Shown here in pieces: positions 38,362 through 47,733 of a stretch of DNA of 64,000 bases (position 1 is its first letter; the number at the start of each line of letters is the position of its first letter). The stretch is from the NCBI GenBank assembly GCA_964549185.1, contig CAZJUI010000002.1, positions 28,409 to 92,408 of the forward strand, written 5' to 3'. The notes beneath the pieces were generated by a model, which was not told the DNA's origin, made no database searches, and worked only from the letters and a program-made list of their open reading frames with translations. Source of the stretch: Candidatus Woesearchaeota archaeon (lineage in GTDB: Archaea; Nanobdellota; Nanobdellia; SCGC-AAA011-G17; JAGVZF01). The position numbers and the translations under genes are program-made.

Positions 38362-39672
38362 ATGAAAAAAAGAGCTGCACTAATGCTAATAGTAGCAACT
38401 ATGCTTGCAATCGAATTAGCTGCTGCTTTAACAATAGATGTAAATTCAGATAAAGAACTTTATTCTTATCAAGAATTTGTAAAAATTAACTCTTTAATTG
38501 TGATTCAATATCCCGACACACAACTTCCAATAACAAATTTTACAGTTAAAATTAATGGTCCAGTAAAAGATGAATGCACATTTTTAATGAATGGATATAA
38601 TTCCTGTCCATCATTTACAATAATTCCAATAACAACATCATCGGCCTATGGTTTTGATAACTCCTCCGTTATATTTGATGGAAAACTTTACGATTTCAAC
38701 GAATCATTTGGATATGGTTATAATGAATCTTCATCAGAATTCAAATATGATATTATATGGAATTCAACAAATTCCCCATTAGGAAGGTATGTAGCAATAT
38801 TCTATGTTAACACAGGAAATGAGATTAAGCCATTATTCTCAGAATTTAATTCATTTAAGATTGCAAATTTTAATCTTCCTGAAATAACAATAATCTCCCC
38901 AAATAAAACTATTTATGGAAAAAGGCAAGTTCCAATAATAATTAAATCAAATAAATTACTAGAGAAAATAGAAATATCCGATAATAATAAACTATTTCAA
39001 AGATTATGTAATAGATGTTCTTCTTTTTCTAGACCAATGAGTTTTAATGATGGATATCATAAAATTATTGTAAAAGGAACAGATGAATTTAATAATGTTG
39101 ATCAAGAAGAATTTTCATTTAAGGTAATATCAAAACCTCCAATAATATTTTCATTTAACCCAAAAAAGACAACTAATGGAAAGTTTGAAATATCTTATTC
39201 AGAAGAAAATCTTAGAGATACAATATTTTACTATCGTTCTTTATCATCTGGTGTATTTGATTCTGTTTCGATCGGTTTCATAAATCAAAGTTGCCCATCT
39301 GGAATGAAGAAAAAGTGTTCATTCTTAATTAATGTAACCGATTTTCCCTCTCCTTTTGAATATTTTATAGTTCTATCAAACGAAGCTTTATCATCATCCA
39401 CAAAACTAACTAAAGTTTATATCGATAATAATATTCCTGAAATAACATTAAACTATCAACAACAGGACAAAAAACTAAATTTAGATATTCAATTAACAGA
39501 AAAAGCTAGATTAACATATTCCATTGATAATGGTCTTCCAAGGGTCATATGTAATAATTGTAATCATGCTACTAAACTTCTTTTCCTTAATTATGGAAAA
39601 CACAGTATTGTCATAAATTCTATCGATGGAACAGGCAATTCAGATTCAGAAATAATAGAAATCACAATATGA
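38362..39672 (+). CDS. Secreted GYGY-motif protein, the long paralog.
   Basis: Signal peptide. Residues 1-160 are homologous to 36106..37119 (FGYGYNESS, NTGNEIKPLF). Confidence 0.6.
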   Translation: MKKRAALMLIVATMLAIELAAALTIDVNSDKELYSYQEFVKINSLIVIQYPDTQLPITNFTVKINGPVKDECTFLMNGYNSCPSFTIIPITTSSAYGFDNSSVIFDGKLYDFNESFGYGYNESSSEFKYDIIWNSTNSPLGRYVAIFYVNTGNEIKPLFSEFNSFKIANFNLPEITIISPNKTIYGKRQVPIIIKSNKLLEKIEISDNNKLFQRLCNRCSSFSRPMSFNDGYHKIIVKGTDEFNNVDQEEFSFKVISKPPIIFSFNPKKTTNGKFEISYSEENLRDTIFYYRSLSSGVFDSVSIGFINQSCPSGMKKKCSFLINVTDFPSPFEYFIVLSNEALSSSTKLTKVYIDNNIPEITLNYQQQDKKLNLDIQLTEKARLTYSIDNGLPRVICNNCNHATKLLFLNYGKHSIVINSIDGTGNSDSEIIEITI

Positions 39673-39796
39673 TAACTATAACATATTAATTACCGATTAT
39701 ATTTTATATCATAATAATGTTTATATATAAACTAGCTCACATATTCATTTACTAAAGGTAGTTAAAACAAATAACCACTATCAAAGGGGGATTTTA

Positions 39797-40537
39797 ATGA
39801 GTAAAAAGATAAGTTTGATTTTTGTAACATTACTTCTATTAATTATTCCTTTAGCATTTGCAATAACAGGCTCAGTAGGTAGCGGAAAAATTTATTTAAA
39901 AGAAGAAATATCTCCTAATCAGCCTACAGAAATTCAAAAAACTTTAAGGGTAATCAATAACAATGATTTTCCTGTTACGATTACCATAAGTGTAGTAGAA
40001 GACTTAACAGATATAACTGAAATAATAGATAATGATTTTGTTCTTAAAGCGAATGAAGAAAAAGATGCTCGTTATGCTTTTATCTTAAAACGTCCCGGAA
40101 CTTATAGCGGTAAAATTCTTACAATGTTTAAACCCGAAGAAGGTAATGGTATTGCCCTAGCAACCGAAGTTCAAGTTATTGCATATGGAGAAGGAGATTT
40201 CCCACCTCCCGAAGAGAATAACCAAGAAGATGATACACCTACTGATAACAATGCAGATCAAAATGATAATAATGATCCCGAAACTGATGATAATACAGAT
40301 GATTCACAACAAAACCAGGATACAACAACAGACCAGACACCACCTTCAACAACTCCATCTAAAACAAATATAAAAACAGATAATATTCAACCAACTACAC
40401 CAACAGGAAAAACAACTAAAACAACTAAAACAAAACCAAACCCATTCTATGGCACATTTCTAATCTTAGTGATAGTAGTACTTGGATTGATGATATATTT
40501 CCTATTAACAAAAAACTCAGGGAGCAATAAAAAATGA
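39797..40537 (+). CDS. Surface protein with a signal peptide, a Thr/Pro/Asp-rich linker and a C-terminal TM anchor.
   Basis: ORF of 246 aa. The C-terminus reads ...NPFYGTFLILVIVVLGLMIYFLLTKNSGSNKK. The SD is aagggggat. Confidence 0.55.
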   Translation: MSKKISLIFVTLLLLIIPLAFAITGSVGSGKIYLKEEISPNQPTEIQKTLRVINNNDFPVTITISVVEDLTDITEIIDNDFVLKANEEKDARYAFILKRPGTYSGKILTMFKPEEGNGIALATEVQVIAYGEGDFPPPEENNQEDDTPTDNNADQNDNNDPETDDNTDDSQQNQDTTTDQTPPSTTPSKTNIKTDNIQPTTPTGKTTKTTKTKPNPFYGTFLILVIVVLGLMIYFLLTKNSGSNKK

Positions 40538-43500
40538 ATAAAAAAATAATTCCATTAATATTAATAACAATCATATTTGCATACACAACATTAGCTACAG
40601 ATATAGGTTATGTTGTTAGGGATAATAACTATGTTGATAGTAAGATAACTTCTATGTTTGATCAAATGTCATTAACTTATGAAGTTATTTTATCAAATAA
40701 TATTCCATCAACAAATTTTTTACAATATAAAGCAATAGTAATTAATGATAATATTCTTAACAATGCAGATCAATTACCAGTAAATACTGTTCCAGTAGTT
40801 TCACTTAATACAAAACATCCAAAATTATGGGGATGGACATTTAATGGAGTTTCATCAATAGTCAACTCCCAACCTTTAGACATAAAAAACATCGCCCAAG
40901 ATAGTCCAATAATGAAAGATCAATTTACATTTATTCAAGTTTATACACAATGTTGTTTTGATTCTTCTCCAAACAACCCATCAAGTGGTCATCAAGGAAT
41001 TCCAGCATACTATTTACTAAGATCAAATATAAGGAAGGTTCCATGGACAATAATTGGTTCAACTGTAGTAAATAATAATGATGCAGTAATTGGTGCAGCT
41101 GAAAAAGGAACACCATTCCTTAACGGACAAACAGCCCAGCAAAGAATAGTCTTCTTCGGAATAACAAAAACACAGTATTGGACATTACAAACAGAAGAAT
41201 TATTTAAGAATTCAATTACCTGGGTTATTGCCGGAAGTCTACCTCCAGAATTTAACGGTCCCATTCCAGATATTGAAATAGAAAAAAATGTAGAAAAATT
41301 AAATGCATATAATCTTAATGATTACTTTAGTTCACCTCATGGAGCAACATTAACTTATACGCACACTCAAGCTCCAAATATAGATATAACAATAGATGAA
41401 AATGGTATAGTTTCACTAAAACCAAGGAAAAAATTTGTTGGAATCCAAAAAGTAACATTTACAGCATCAGATGGAATTAAATCAACAGATAGTAATGAAG
41501 TTACAATAACAGTTCTTGATATTAATCACAAACCATCATTATCTAATTTGACAGATATGACAGTAGCAGCAGGAACTTTAATAAAATTAAAAGCTCTAGC
41601 TACAGATATTGACGATGATCCATTATCATTCACATTCTCAGCTCCATTTAATAGTAATGGGGAATGGCAAACAACAATAGCAGATCTTGGAATAAAACAA
41701 GTTACCGTAACTGTTACAGATTCTTTCGGATTATCAGATACAAAAACAGTTCAAATTACAATAGTTCCTAAAGTTGTTATTAATGAATTCGTTTCTAATC
41801 CAAGCACAGGAGACGAAGAATGGATTGAATTGTTTAATCCAAATGATATCTCTGTAACATTGTCGGGATTTAAACTTCAAGATGGTACAACCACCAAATT
41901 CTCTTTATCTGGCACAATACCACCAAAAGGATTTTTAGTTGTAAGCCCTACATTTACGTTAAACAATGATGGAGATATAATTCAACTAAAATCATTAGAT
42001 GATTCAGTAATAGATAAAGTAACTTATGGAGACTTTGACGATGGAAATTTACAAGATAATGCATTAAATCCAGGAAAAGGAAAATCATCTGGACGTTTAC
42101 CAGATGGATTTGACACAGATAATGACAAAAATGATTTCCATATATTTGATTTTCCAACAAAAGGAATTTCAAATTCAGCAGATGTAAGACCTCCAACAGT
42201 AAATTTACTTTCACCGACTTCAGGAGCAGTATTAAGAACAAGAAACATAGATTTTACATTTTCAGTTTCAGATAATAATGCTCAACAAATTAGTTGCACA
42301 TTATTTACCGATATATCGGGAATATTTGTTTCATCATCAACAAAAACAGTAGGAAATGGCCAAACAAGTTCATTTAATATACAGGAGATTGCAAATGGGG
42401 ATTATAGATGGAATGTAAAATGTTCAGATGGAAATAATGAAGCATTTGCTCGAGAAGATTTCACATTTACAATGGATGCTCCATTTGCTCCAGTTTTACA
42501 ACCAATTTTAGATATCACAGTTAATGAAAATGATTTGGTTACAGTCACAGCAATAGCATCTGATCAAACTCCAGGAGATACCATAATATATTCAATATCA
42601 GATTCAAGATTTACACAAATAGGTCCCGGAATTTTCCAATGGCAGACCGACTTTTCATCATCTGGAGTACATATTGTGACAGTAATAGCAGAGGATACAG
42701 AAGGCTTATCAGATTCAGAAACATTTAAGGTTATAGTAAACAACATAAACAGAGCCCCAGTATTTAACGGTCCAGTTTCAGATATTATAATTGATGAAGA
42801 CACAACAACCCAAGTTTCATTAGCAACTTATTTCGATGATTTAGACAACGATGCACTAACATTCACTTCAATATCTCCAGTAACAGCGATAATATCGATA
42901 TCACCAGCAGGACTTGCAACAATAAGCCCAGCAACAGATTTTAATGGAATTGTGAAGATAAAGTTTAAAGCATCTGATGGTCCATCATTTGTTGAATCTA
43001 ACGAAATTACTTTAACAATTAATCCAGTTAATGATGCTCCAAAACTATTGACAAATATTCCAGATGTTAGCTGGCCCCAAGACACTTCATTGACAGATAA
43101 TGTTGATCTTAACACATATTTCATAGATGTAGATTCATCATTAATAACATACATAGTTTCTGGAAATAACAGAATAACAGTAACAATAAGTCCTGAAGGA
43201 AAAGTTTCATTTTCTCCAATTGGACATTTCAATGGACAAGAAACAATAACATTTACAGCATCTGATTCATTATTATCAACAAATTCAAATCCAGTCAATT
43301 TAATTGTTACAAGGCAAAATATTGCTCCGGTAATAGATCCAATTCCAGATCAGACAATGCCTGAAGATGCTACAATAGGTCCAGAAGTAACTCTTTCTGC
43401 TTCTGATGAAGATGGAACAATATCAAAATTTGAGGTTGCAAAACAAGATGAATCTAAAGTTAGATGTATTATCTCAGATAAAAGATTAACATTTATTCCA

Positions 43501-45633
43501 GGAAAAGATTTCAATGGATTAGCAACATGCGATATTCAAGTTGTAGATGATGAAAATGCAGCAACTTTAACAACAGTTAAAATAAATGTAACTCCAGTTA
43601 ATGATGCTCCTGAAATAAAAGATTACTCTCCAAAGAGAGATCCAAAAATAACAGAGAATGGAAAACAATTATTTTCAGTAGATGTTAATGATATTGACAG
43701 TCCAGAAGCAGATATCTTAGTTAGATGGACTGTCGATGATAATTTTGTTGCCTTAGGAAAAACATTCACATTCAATTCACCTGGGGAAGGAACTTACAAG
43801 ATTAAAGTAACAGTTTCAGATGGTGAATTTACAGTATTCAGAGAATGGAAATTAATCTCATCAAGAATTCCAATAGCAGACTCATTTGATGGAAACACAA
43901 CAGATTTCAGTAATCTAACAGATGAACAATTAAAAAATATGAATTGTTTAATCCTAGAAAAAACACAATATGGTAAAATAGATTTCTGCGGAAGAGCAGT
44001 TATTGACATGAGAGATGTTGTTGACCTAGATTCATTTGTAACAATATCTAAAGGATTAATTGGAATAGATACAGTTGAACTTCTTGCATTCAAGGGAAAA
44101 GCAGCCCAGCTTTCAATGTACAATCTAGAATCAACAAAGACACCTTTAATTTTCTTCAACGATCCATATACCTTAGATTTATCAAAGATAACAACTTCTT
44201 GTCCCCGGGATAGATGTAAGAATGTCAACTTCAATCCATTAACAAAAAAATTAGTATTTGATTTAAGCAAATTTTCAATATACAAAGCATCTGATCAAAC
44301 TCAATTAACCTGTTCACAGCAAAATGGATTTTCCTGTTCATCCCAAGATCAATGTTCAGGTAATTTGCTTCCAAGCTCAGACTCAGCATTCTGCTGCTCA
44401 GCAAAATGTTCGTTGGGAAACGAAACAAGTTTAGACAGATGTGAAGAAGGAATTAAAGGAAACTTAGAAATTACAATAAAAGAACCTGATGCAAATGATG
44501 ATTTTTCTCCAGGAGAAACAATTCCATTAAATGTAAAAATAAAAAATAACAATAACGAGAAAAAAGATTTAATTGTTCAAGCAACATTATTTGATGAAAC
44601 AGAAGATGATGAACTTGATAAAGTTGAATCAGATTCATTTTCAGTAAGAAAATCAGATTCTAGAGATGTTGAACTTCCATTAAAAGTTCCAAGCTTCGAC
44701 CTAGATGAAGACAATGATTACTCAATATTTGTAAAAGTATTTGAAGAAAGTGATGAAGAGCTTCAATGTAATGAAGATATAATAAATGTAGACATAAAAT
44801 TAAAGAAACATAATGTTGTTATTAATAGATTTGATCTAGCTCCATTAGATGTTCAATGCGGAGATGTAGTCTCAGCAATAGTTGATGTACACAACATTGG
44901 AACAAGTGATGAAGACGATATTCAGGTTATTTTATCAAATAAAGATTTAGATTTATTAGCAAAGACAGACATATTTGAACTTCAAAGAATAGGAGATGAT
45001 GATTCAAAATCTCTAGAAAGATTTACATTTAAAATTCCAGATAAAGTAAAAGGTACATTTTTAATAGACGCTACAGTATTCTCTGGTGGAAATGAGGACA
45101 CAGTTACGAAAGAGTTGATAATAGATTGCAATATTCCTTACATTGATTTAGTATTATTGCAGGAAATATTGGATGCAAAACCAGGATCTTCGATATCAAT
45201 TCCAGTTTCAATAGCTAATACAGGAACTGATCCTATTACAATTAGCCTAGAATCAGATCCATTAGCTTCCTGGTTAAGCAAGGACTCTGTTTCAATTAGT
45301 TTGCAACCTTCCGAAACAACAACAACTTCATTAACAATCCACATTGCAGATGAGGCTCCAGCAGGAACATACCCATTATCAATAAAAACAAGAGTAAACG
45401 GAGCAACAACAACCCAACAAACACAAACAATTAATATTGCTCCATCAGATACAAAATATGTTCCAGTATATTCAGAGGGAAACACAAAAACAAGATCAGG
45501 AAATTTGAAATTATCAAGAATTCCAACAATAATACCAGAAGCAAATTCACCAATTGCAGTAATATTCTTGATAATAGCAAACATATTGCTTTTAATCTTG
45601 ATTATTGTTATATTGAAAAGATTGATGGATTAA
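40534..45633 (+). CDS. Giant surface protein of 1699 aa. It has a lamin-tail domain, multiple cadherin/Ig-like repeats with VNDAP, a C-terminal CARDB-like module and a TM anchor.
   Basis: Signal peptide. LTD signature VVINEFVSNPSTGDEEWIELFNPND...GFKLQDG...GFLVVS. There are repeated PVNDAP boundaries. The 250-aa C-terminal module is homologous to 47734..49710. The C-terminus has a TM segment and ends KRLMD. Confidence 0.75.
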   Translation: MNKKIIPLILITIIFAYTTLATDIGYVVRDNNYVDSKITSMFDQMSLTYEVILSNNIPSTNFLQYKAIVINDNILNNADQLPVNTVPVVSLNTKHPKLWGWTFNGVSSIVNSQPLDIKNIAQDSPIMKDQFTFIQVYTQCCFDSSPNNPSSGHQGIPAYYLLRSNIRKVPWTIIGSTVVNNNDAVIGAAEKGTPFLNGQTAQQRIVFFGITKTQYWTLQTEELFKNSITWVIAGSLPPEFNGPIPDIEIEKNVEKLNAYNLNDYFSSPHGATLTYTHTQAPNIDITIDENGIVSLKPRKKFVGIQKVTFTASDGIKSTDSNEVTITVLDINHKPSLSNLTDMTVAAGTLIKLKALATDIDDDPLSFTFSAPFNSNGEWQTTIADLGIKQVTVTVTDSFGLSDTKTVQITIVPKVVINEFVSNPSTGDEEWIELFNPNDISVTLSGFKLQDGTTTKFSLSGTIPPKGFLVVSPTFTLNNDGDIIQLKSLDDSVIDKVTYGDFDDGNLQDNALNPGKGKSSGRLPDGFDTDNDKNDFHIFDFPTKGISNSADVRPPTVNLLSPTSGAVLRTRNIDFTFSVSDNNAQQISCTLFTDISGIFVSSSTKTVGNGQTSSFNIQEIANGDYRWNVKCSDGNNEAFAREDFTFTMDAPFAPVLQPILDITVNENDLVTVTAIASDQTPGDTIIYSISDSRFTQIGPGIFQWQTDFSSSGVHIVTVIAEDTEGLSDSETFKVIVNNINRAPVFNGPVSDIIIDEDTTTQVSLATYFDDLDNDALTFTSISPVTAIISISPAGLATISPATDFNGIVKIKFKASDGPSFVESNEITLTINPVNDAPKLLTNIPDVSWPQDTSLTDNVDLNTYFIDVDSSLITYIVSGNNRITVTISPEGKVSFSPIGHFNGQETITFTASDSLLSTNSNPVNLIVTRQNIAPVIDPIPDQTMPEDATIGPEVTLSASDEDGTISKFEVAKQDESKVRCIISDKRLTFIPGKDFNGLATCDIQVVDDENAATLTTVKINVTPVNDAPEIKDYSPKRDPKITENGKQLFSVDVNDIDSPEADILVRWTVDDNFVALGKTFTFNSPGEGTYKIKVTVSDGEFTVFREWKLISSRIPIADSFDGNTTDFSNLTDEQLKNMNCLILEKTQYGKIDFCGRAVIDMRDVVDLDSFVTISKGLIGIDTVELLAFKGKAAQLSMYNLESTKTPLIFFNDPYTLDLSKITTSCPRDRCKNVNFNPLTKKLVFDLSKFSIYKASDQTQLTCSQQNGFSCSSQDQCSGNLLPSSDSAFCCSAKCSLGNETSLDRCEEGIKGNLEITIKEPDANDDFSPGETIPLNVKIKNNNNEKKDLIVQATLFDETEDDELDKVESDSFSVRKSDSRDVELPLKVPSFDLDEDNDYSIFVKVFEESDEELQCNEDIINVDIKLKKHNVVINRFDLAPLDVQCGDVVSAIVDVHNIGTSDEDDIQVILSNKDLDLLAKTDIFELQRIGDDDSKSLERFTFKIPDKVKGTFLIDATVFSGGNEDTVTKELIIDCNIPYIDLVLLQEILDAKPGSSISIPVSIANTGTDPITISLESDPLASWLSKDSVSISLQPSETTTTSLTIHIADEAPAGTYPLSIKTRVNGATTTQQTQTINIAPSDTKYVPVYSEGNTKTRSGNLKLSRIPTIIPEANSPIAVIFLIIANILLLILIIVILKRLMD

Positions 45634-45679
45634 ATTTTTCTTTTAATTAAATTTATATATTTATCTATTATAACCCATT

Positions 45680-46057
45680 ATGATGATTGTTGCTAGTCTA
45701 GAAAATTACGTATTGGAAAAACCTTTAGAATGTTTTGTAGAAGCGGAAATTGAAAGGGAAGAATTAAACAAGCCAGGAATATTATTAATTTATTCTTCTA
45801 AGGATCCAGGTATTTTACAGGTATTCTTTATGAATCATAATCCACAAGATAGATCTGCTATTTATTATCAAAAAACAGATTATCATAATAATCCCTTATC
45901 TTGGGGGTTTATTATATATAAAAATCAAGATATTGGGCCTGTAGAAAAAATTCTTACAGTCAGAAATAAAAAACCATTTATCGGTTATATCGGACATGAA
46001 GATGATGAATATGCTGTTGCAAAAATAAGAGATAAACCAAGATTAAGATATAGTTAA
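45680..46057 (+). CDS. Hypothetical protein.
   Basis: ORF of 125 aa. Confidence 0.4.
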   Translation: MMIVASLENYVLEKPLECFVEAEIEREELNKPGILLIYSSKDPGILQVFFMNHNPQDRSAIYYQKTDYHNNPLSWGFIIYKNQDIGPVEKILTVRNKKPFIGYIGHEDDEYAVAKIRDKPRLRYS

Positions 46058-46089
46058 GTTTATAAATTTATAAACAGGATATTTATTTT

Positions 46090-47628
46090 ATGCAAAAAGA
46101 GGTTATCGGTGTATTTTTAGTAGCTATTTTATTAGTTCCATTTTCTCAAGCTCAATTAAATTCTATTGAAATTGAAGATGTAAATGTTAATGATAATTCT
46201 ATACAAGTTTTAATACAAAATAATTTTAACCAGGATTTTAATAAGATAACTTTTATTATTAATAGTCAATATACGATAATTCAAGATAATGAATTAAAAG
46301 CTCTAGAAACTAAATTCTTTGTTGTTAACTATCCAGGTGGAATTAAATTAGAAACAATAAAAGTTATTGTTGGAGATCAATCAGCTGATTATGTATTTAC
46401 AGGAAACGAAGATATGTTTGTTGTTAATCAAGAGATAAGTTCAACTACATCAACAACTGAAAGTAATTCACCTATAAGTTATATTTATTCTAATCAAAGA
46501 TTAGCTAAGCTTCAAGATAACAATGTTGTTTATTATCATTCAGATAATATTGGAAGTACAAGTTTACAAACAGATGTCAATAGCAACATTAAATTTAAAG
46601 CTAACTATCTTCCATTTGGTAAAGAGCTAAGTTTTTCATCTATAAATGAACAAAGATATGGATTTACAGGAAAAGAGCTTGATACAGAAAGTTCATTAAA
46701 TTACTTCAATGCACGTTATTACATTCCATCAAATGGAAAGTTTATTTCTAATGATCCCATCTTTAAACCAACTGAAGGCGGTTATCAGTATGTTAGTAAC
46801 AATCCTTTGACAATTACTGATCCTAGTGGGAAACAAGCTTCGGCCGATGCTACTTACACAGATATAGGTTATCCATCTGGAGATTATAAATCATTACAAG
46901 TTCATATACATCAACAATCTTTTGAATCCTATTTGGCAACATTAGAATATGAAAAAACAACCAAAAAGGTAGATATGATTCAAAAATTAACACTTACTGC
47001 AATGGGCGCTGACGTGGTTTTAGCATTTGGTGGAGCTCCTTTTTCAAATTCTGCTCCTACAAGCGCAGCTAGACCCAGGAGGATCACACCCAGACTTCCA
47101 CCAAGAATGAGGCAAGAAATGTCTAGTGAACCAATTCCAGAATCAATTGATCGTAAAAGAGAACCACCAGCCATTAAAAAATTAATAGAAATAGGATTTT
47201 TTAAACCACCATCACCTAAACCATCACTCGGAGCAATTCATTCAGGAATAATGCAATCATTAAATGCAGGAGAATCAGTTAATCTAGTTATAGTAAAATA
47301 TCCTGGAAAAGAAAATGTGGGTATAATTCCTGGAAATTCGCACCTGGGAATATTTCGAGATCAAGTGCAAACTCAATTTAAGGATAATGATGTAATATCG
47401 ATAGGAATTCAACTAACAAAAACAGAAAAAGGCGTTTATCTTCAAATAAGACATAGAGGAAACAGTGACAATGGAGAACCTTTACGAATAGCAAATGCAG
47501 CCCTTCGTACTATATCTAGTTCAAACCAAGGTGAGTTAGGAAAACCAGGAACGCCTTATAATTTTTATACAAAAATAGATGAAAAATCTCATGGCGAATG
47601 GGATGGAACAACATTCGAAATAAAATAA
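46090..47628 (+). CDS. Secreted polymorphic-toxin-like protein with a signal peptide, an RHS repeat-associated core, and a C-terminal domain of about 270 aa of unknown function.
   Basis: The stretch YYHSDNIGSTSLQTDVNSNIKFKANYLPFGKELSF...RYGFTGKELDTESSLNYFNARYYIPSNGKFISNDPI matches the Rhs core consensus (DHLGS..TD...YxPFGE...RYxFTGKExDxETGLYYFGARYYDPxxGRFxSxDP). Confidence 0.7.
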   Translation: MQKEVIGVFLVAILLVPFSQAQLNSIEIEDVNVNDNSIQVLIQNNFNQDFNKITFIINSQYTIIQDNELKALETKFFVVNYPGGIKLETIKVIVGDQSADYVFTGNEDMFVVNQEISSTTSTTESNSPISYIYSNQRLAKLQDNNVVYYHSDNIGSTSLQTDVNSNIKFKANYLPFGKELSFSSINEQRYGFTGKELDTESSLNYFNARYYIPSNGKFISNDPIFKPTEGGYQYVSNNPLTITDPSGKQASADATYTDIGYPSGDYKSLQVHIHQQSFESYLATLEYEKTTKKVDMIQKLTLTAMGADVVLAFGGAPFSNSAPTSAARPRRITPRLPPRMRQEMSSEPIPESIDRKREPPAIKKLIEIGFFKPPSPKPSLGAIHSGIMQSLNAGESVNLVIVKYPGKENVGIIPGNSHLGIFRDQVQTQFKDNDVISIGIQLTKTEKGVYLQIRHRGNSDNGEPLRIANAALRTISSSNQGELGKPGTPYNFYTKIDEKSHGEWDGTTFEIK

Positions 47629-47733
47629 TAATACTTTTTGACATACTTAAACAACCACCAAAACACATCCTTTCTAACACTATTATCCCAATAATATCAA
47701 TCAAAACCTTTATATATTAGTTATAACTTTAGA

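Noticed and set aside
40179-40373. A 64-aa plus-strand ORF inside 39797..40537.
   Set aside because: It is an alternative frame of the Thr/Pro/Asp-rich linker-coding region of a well-supported gene.
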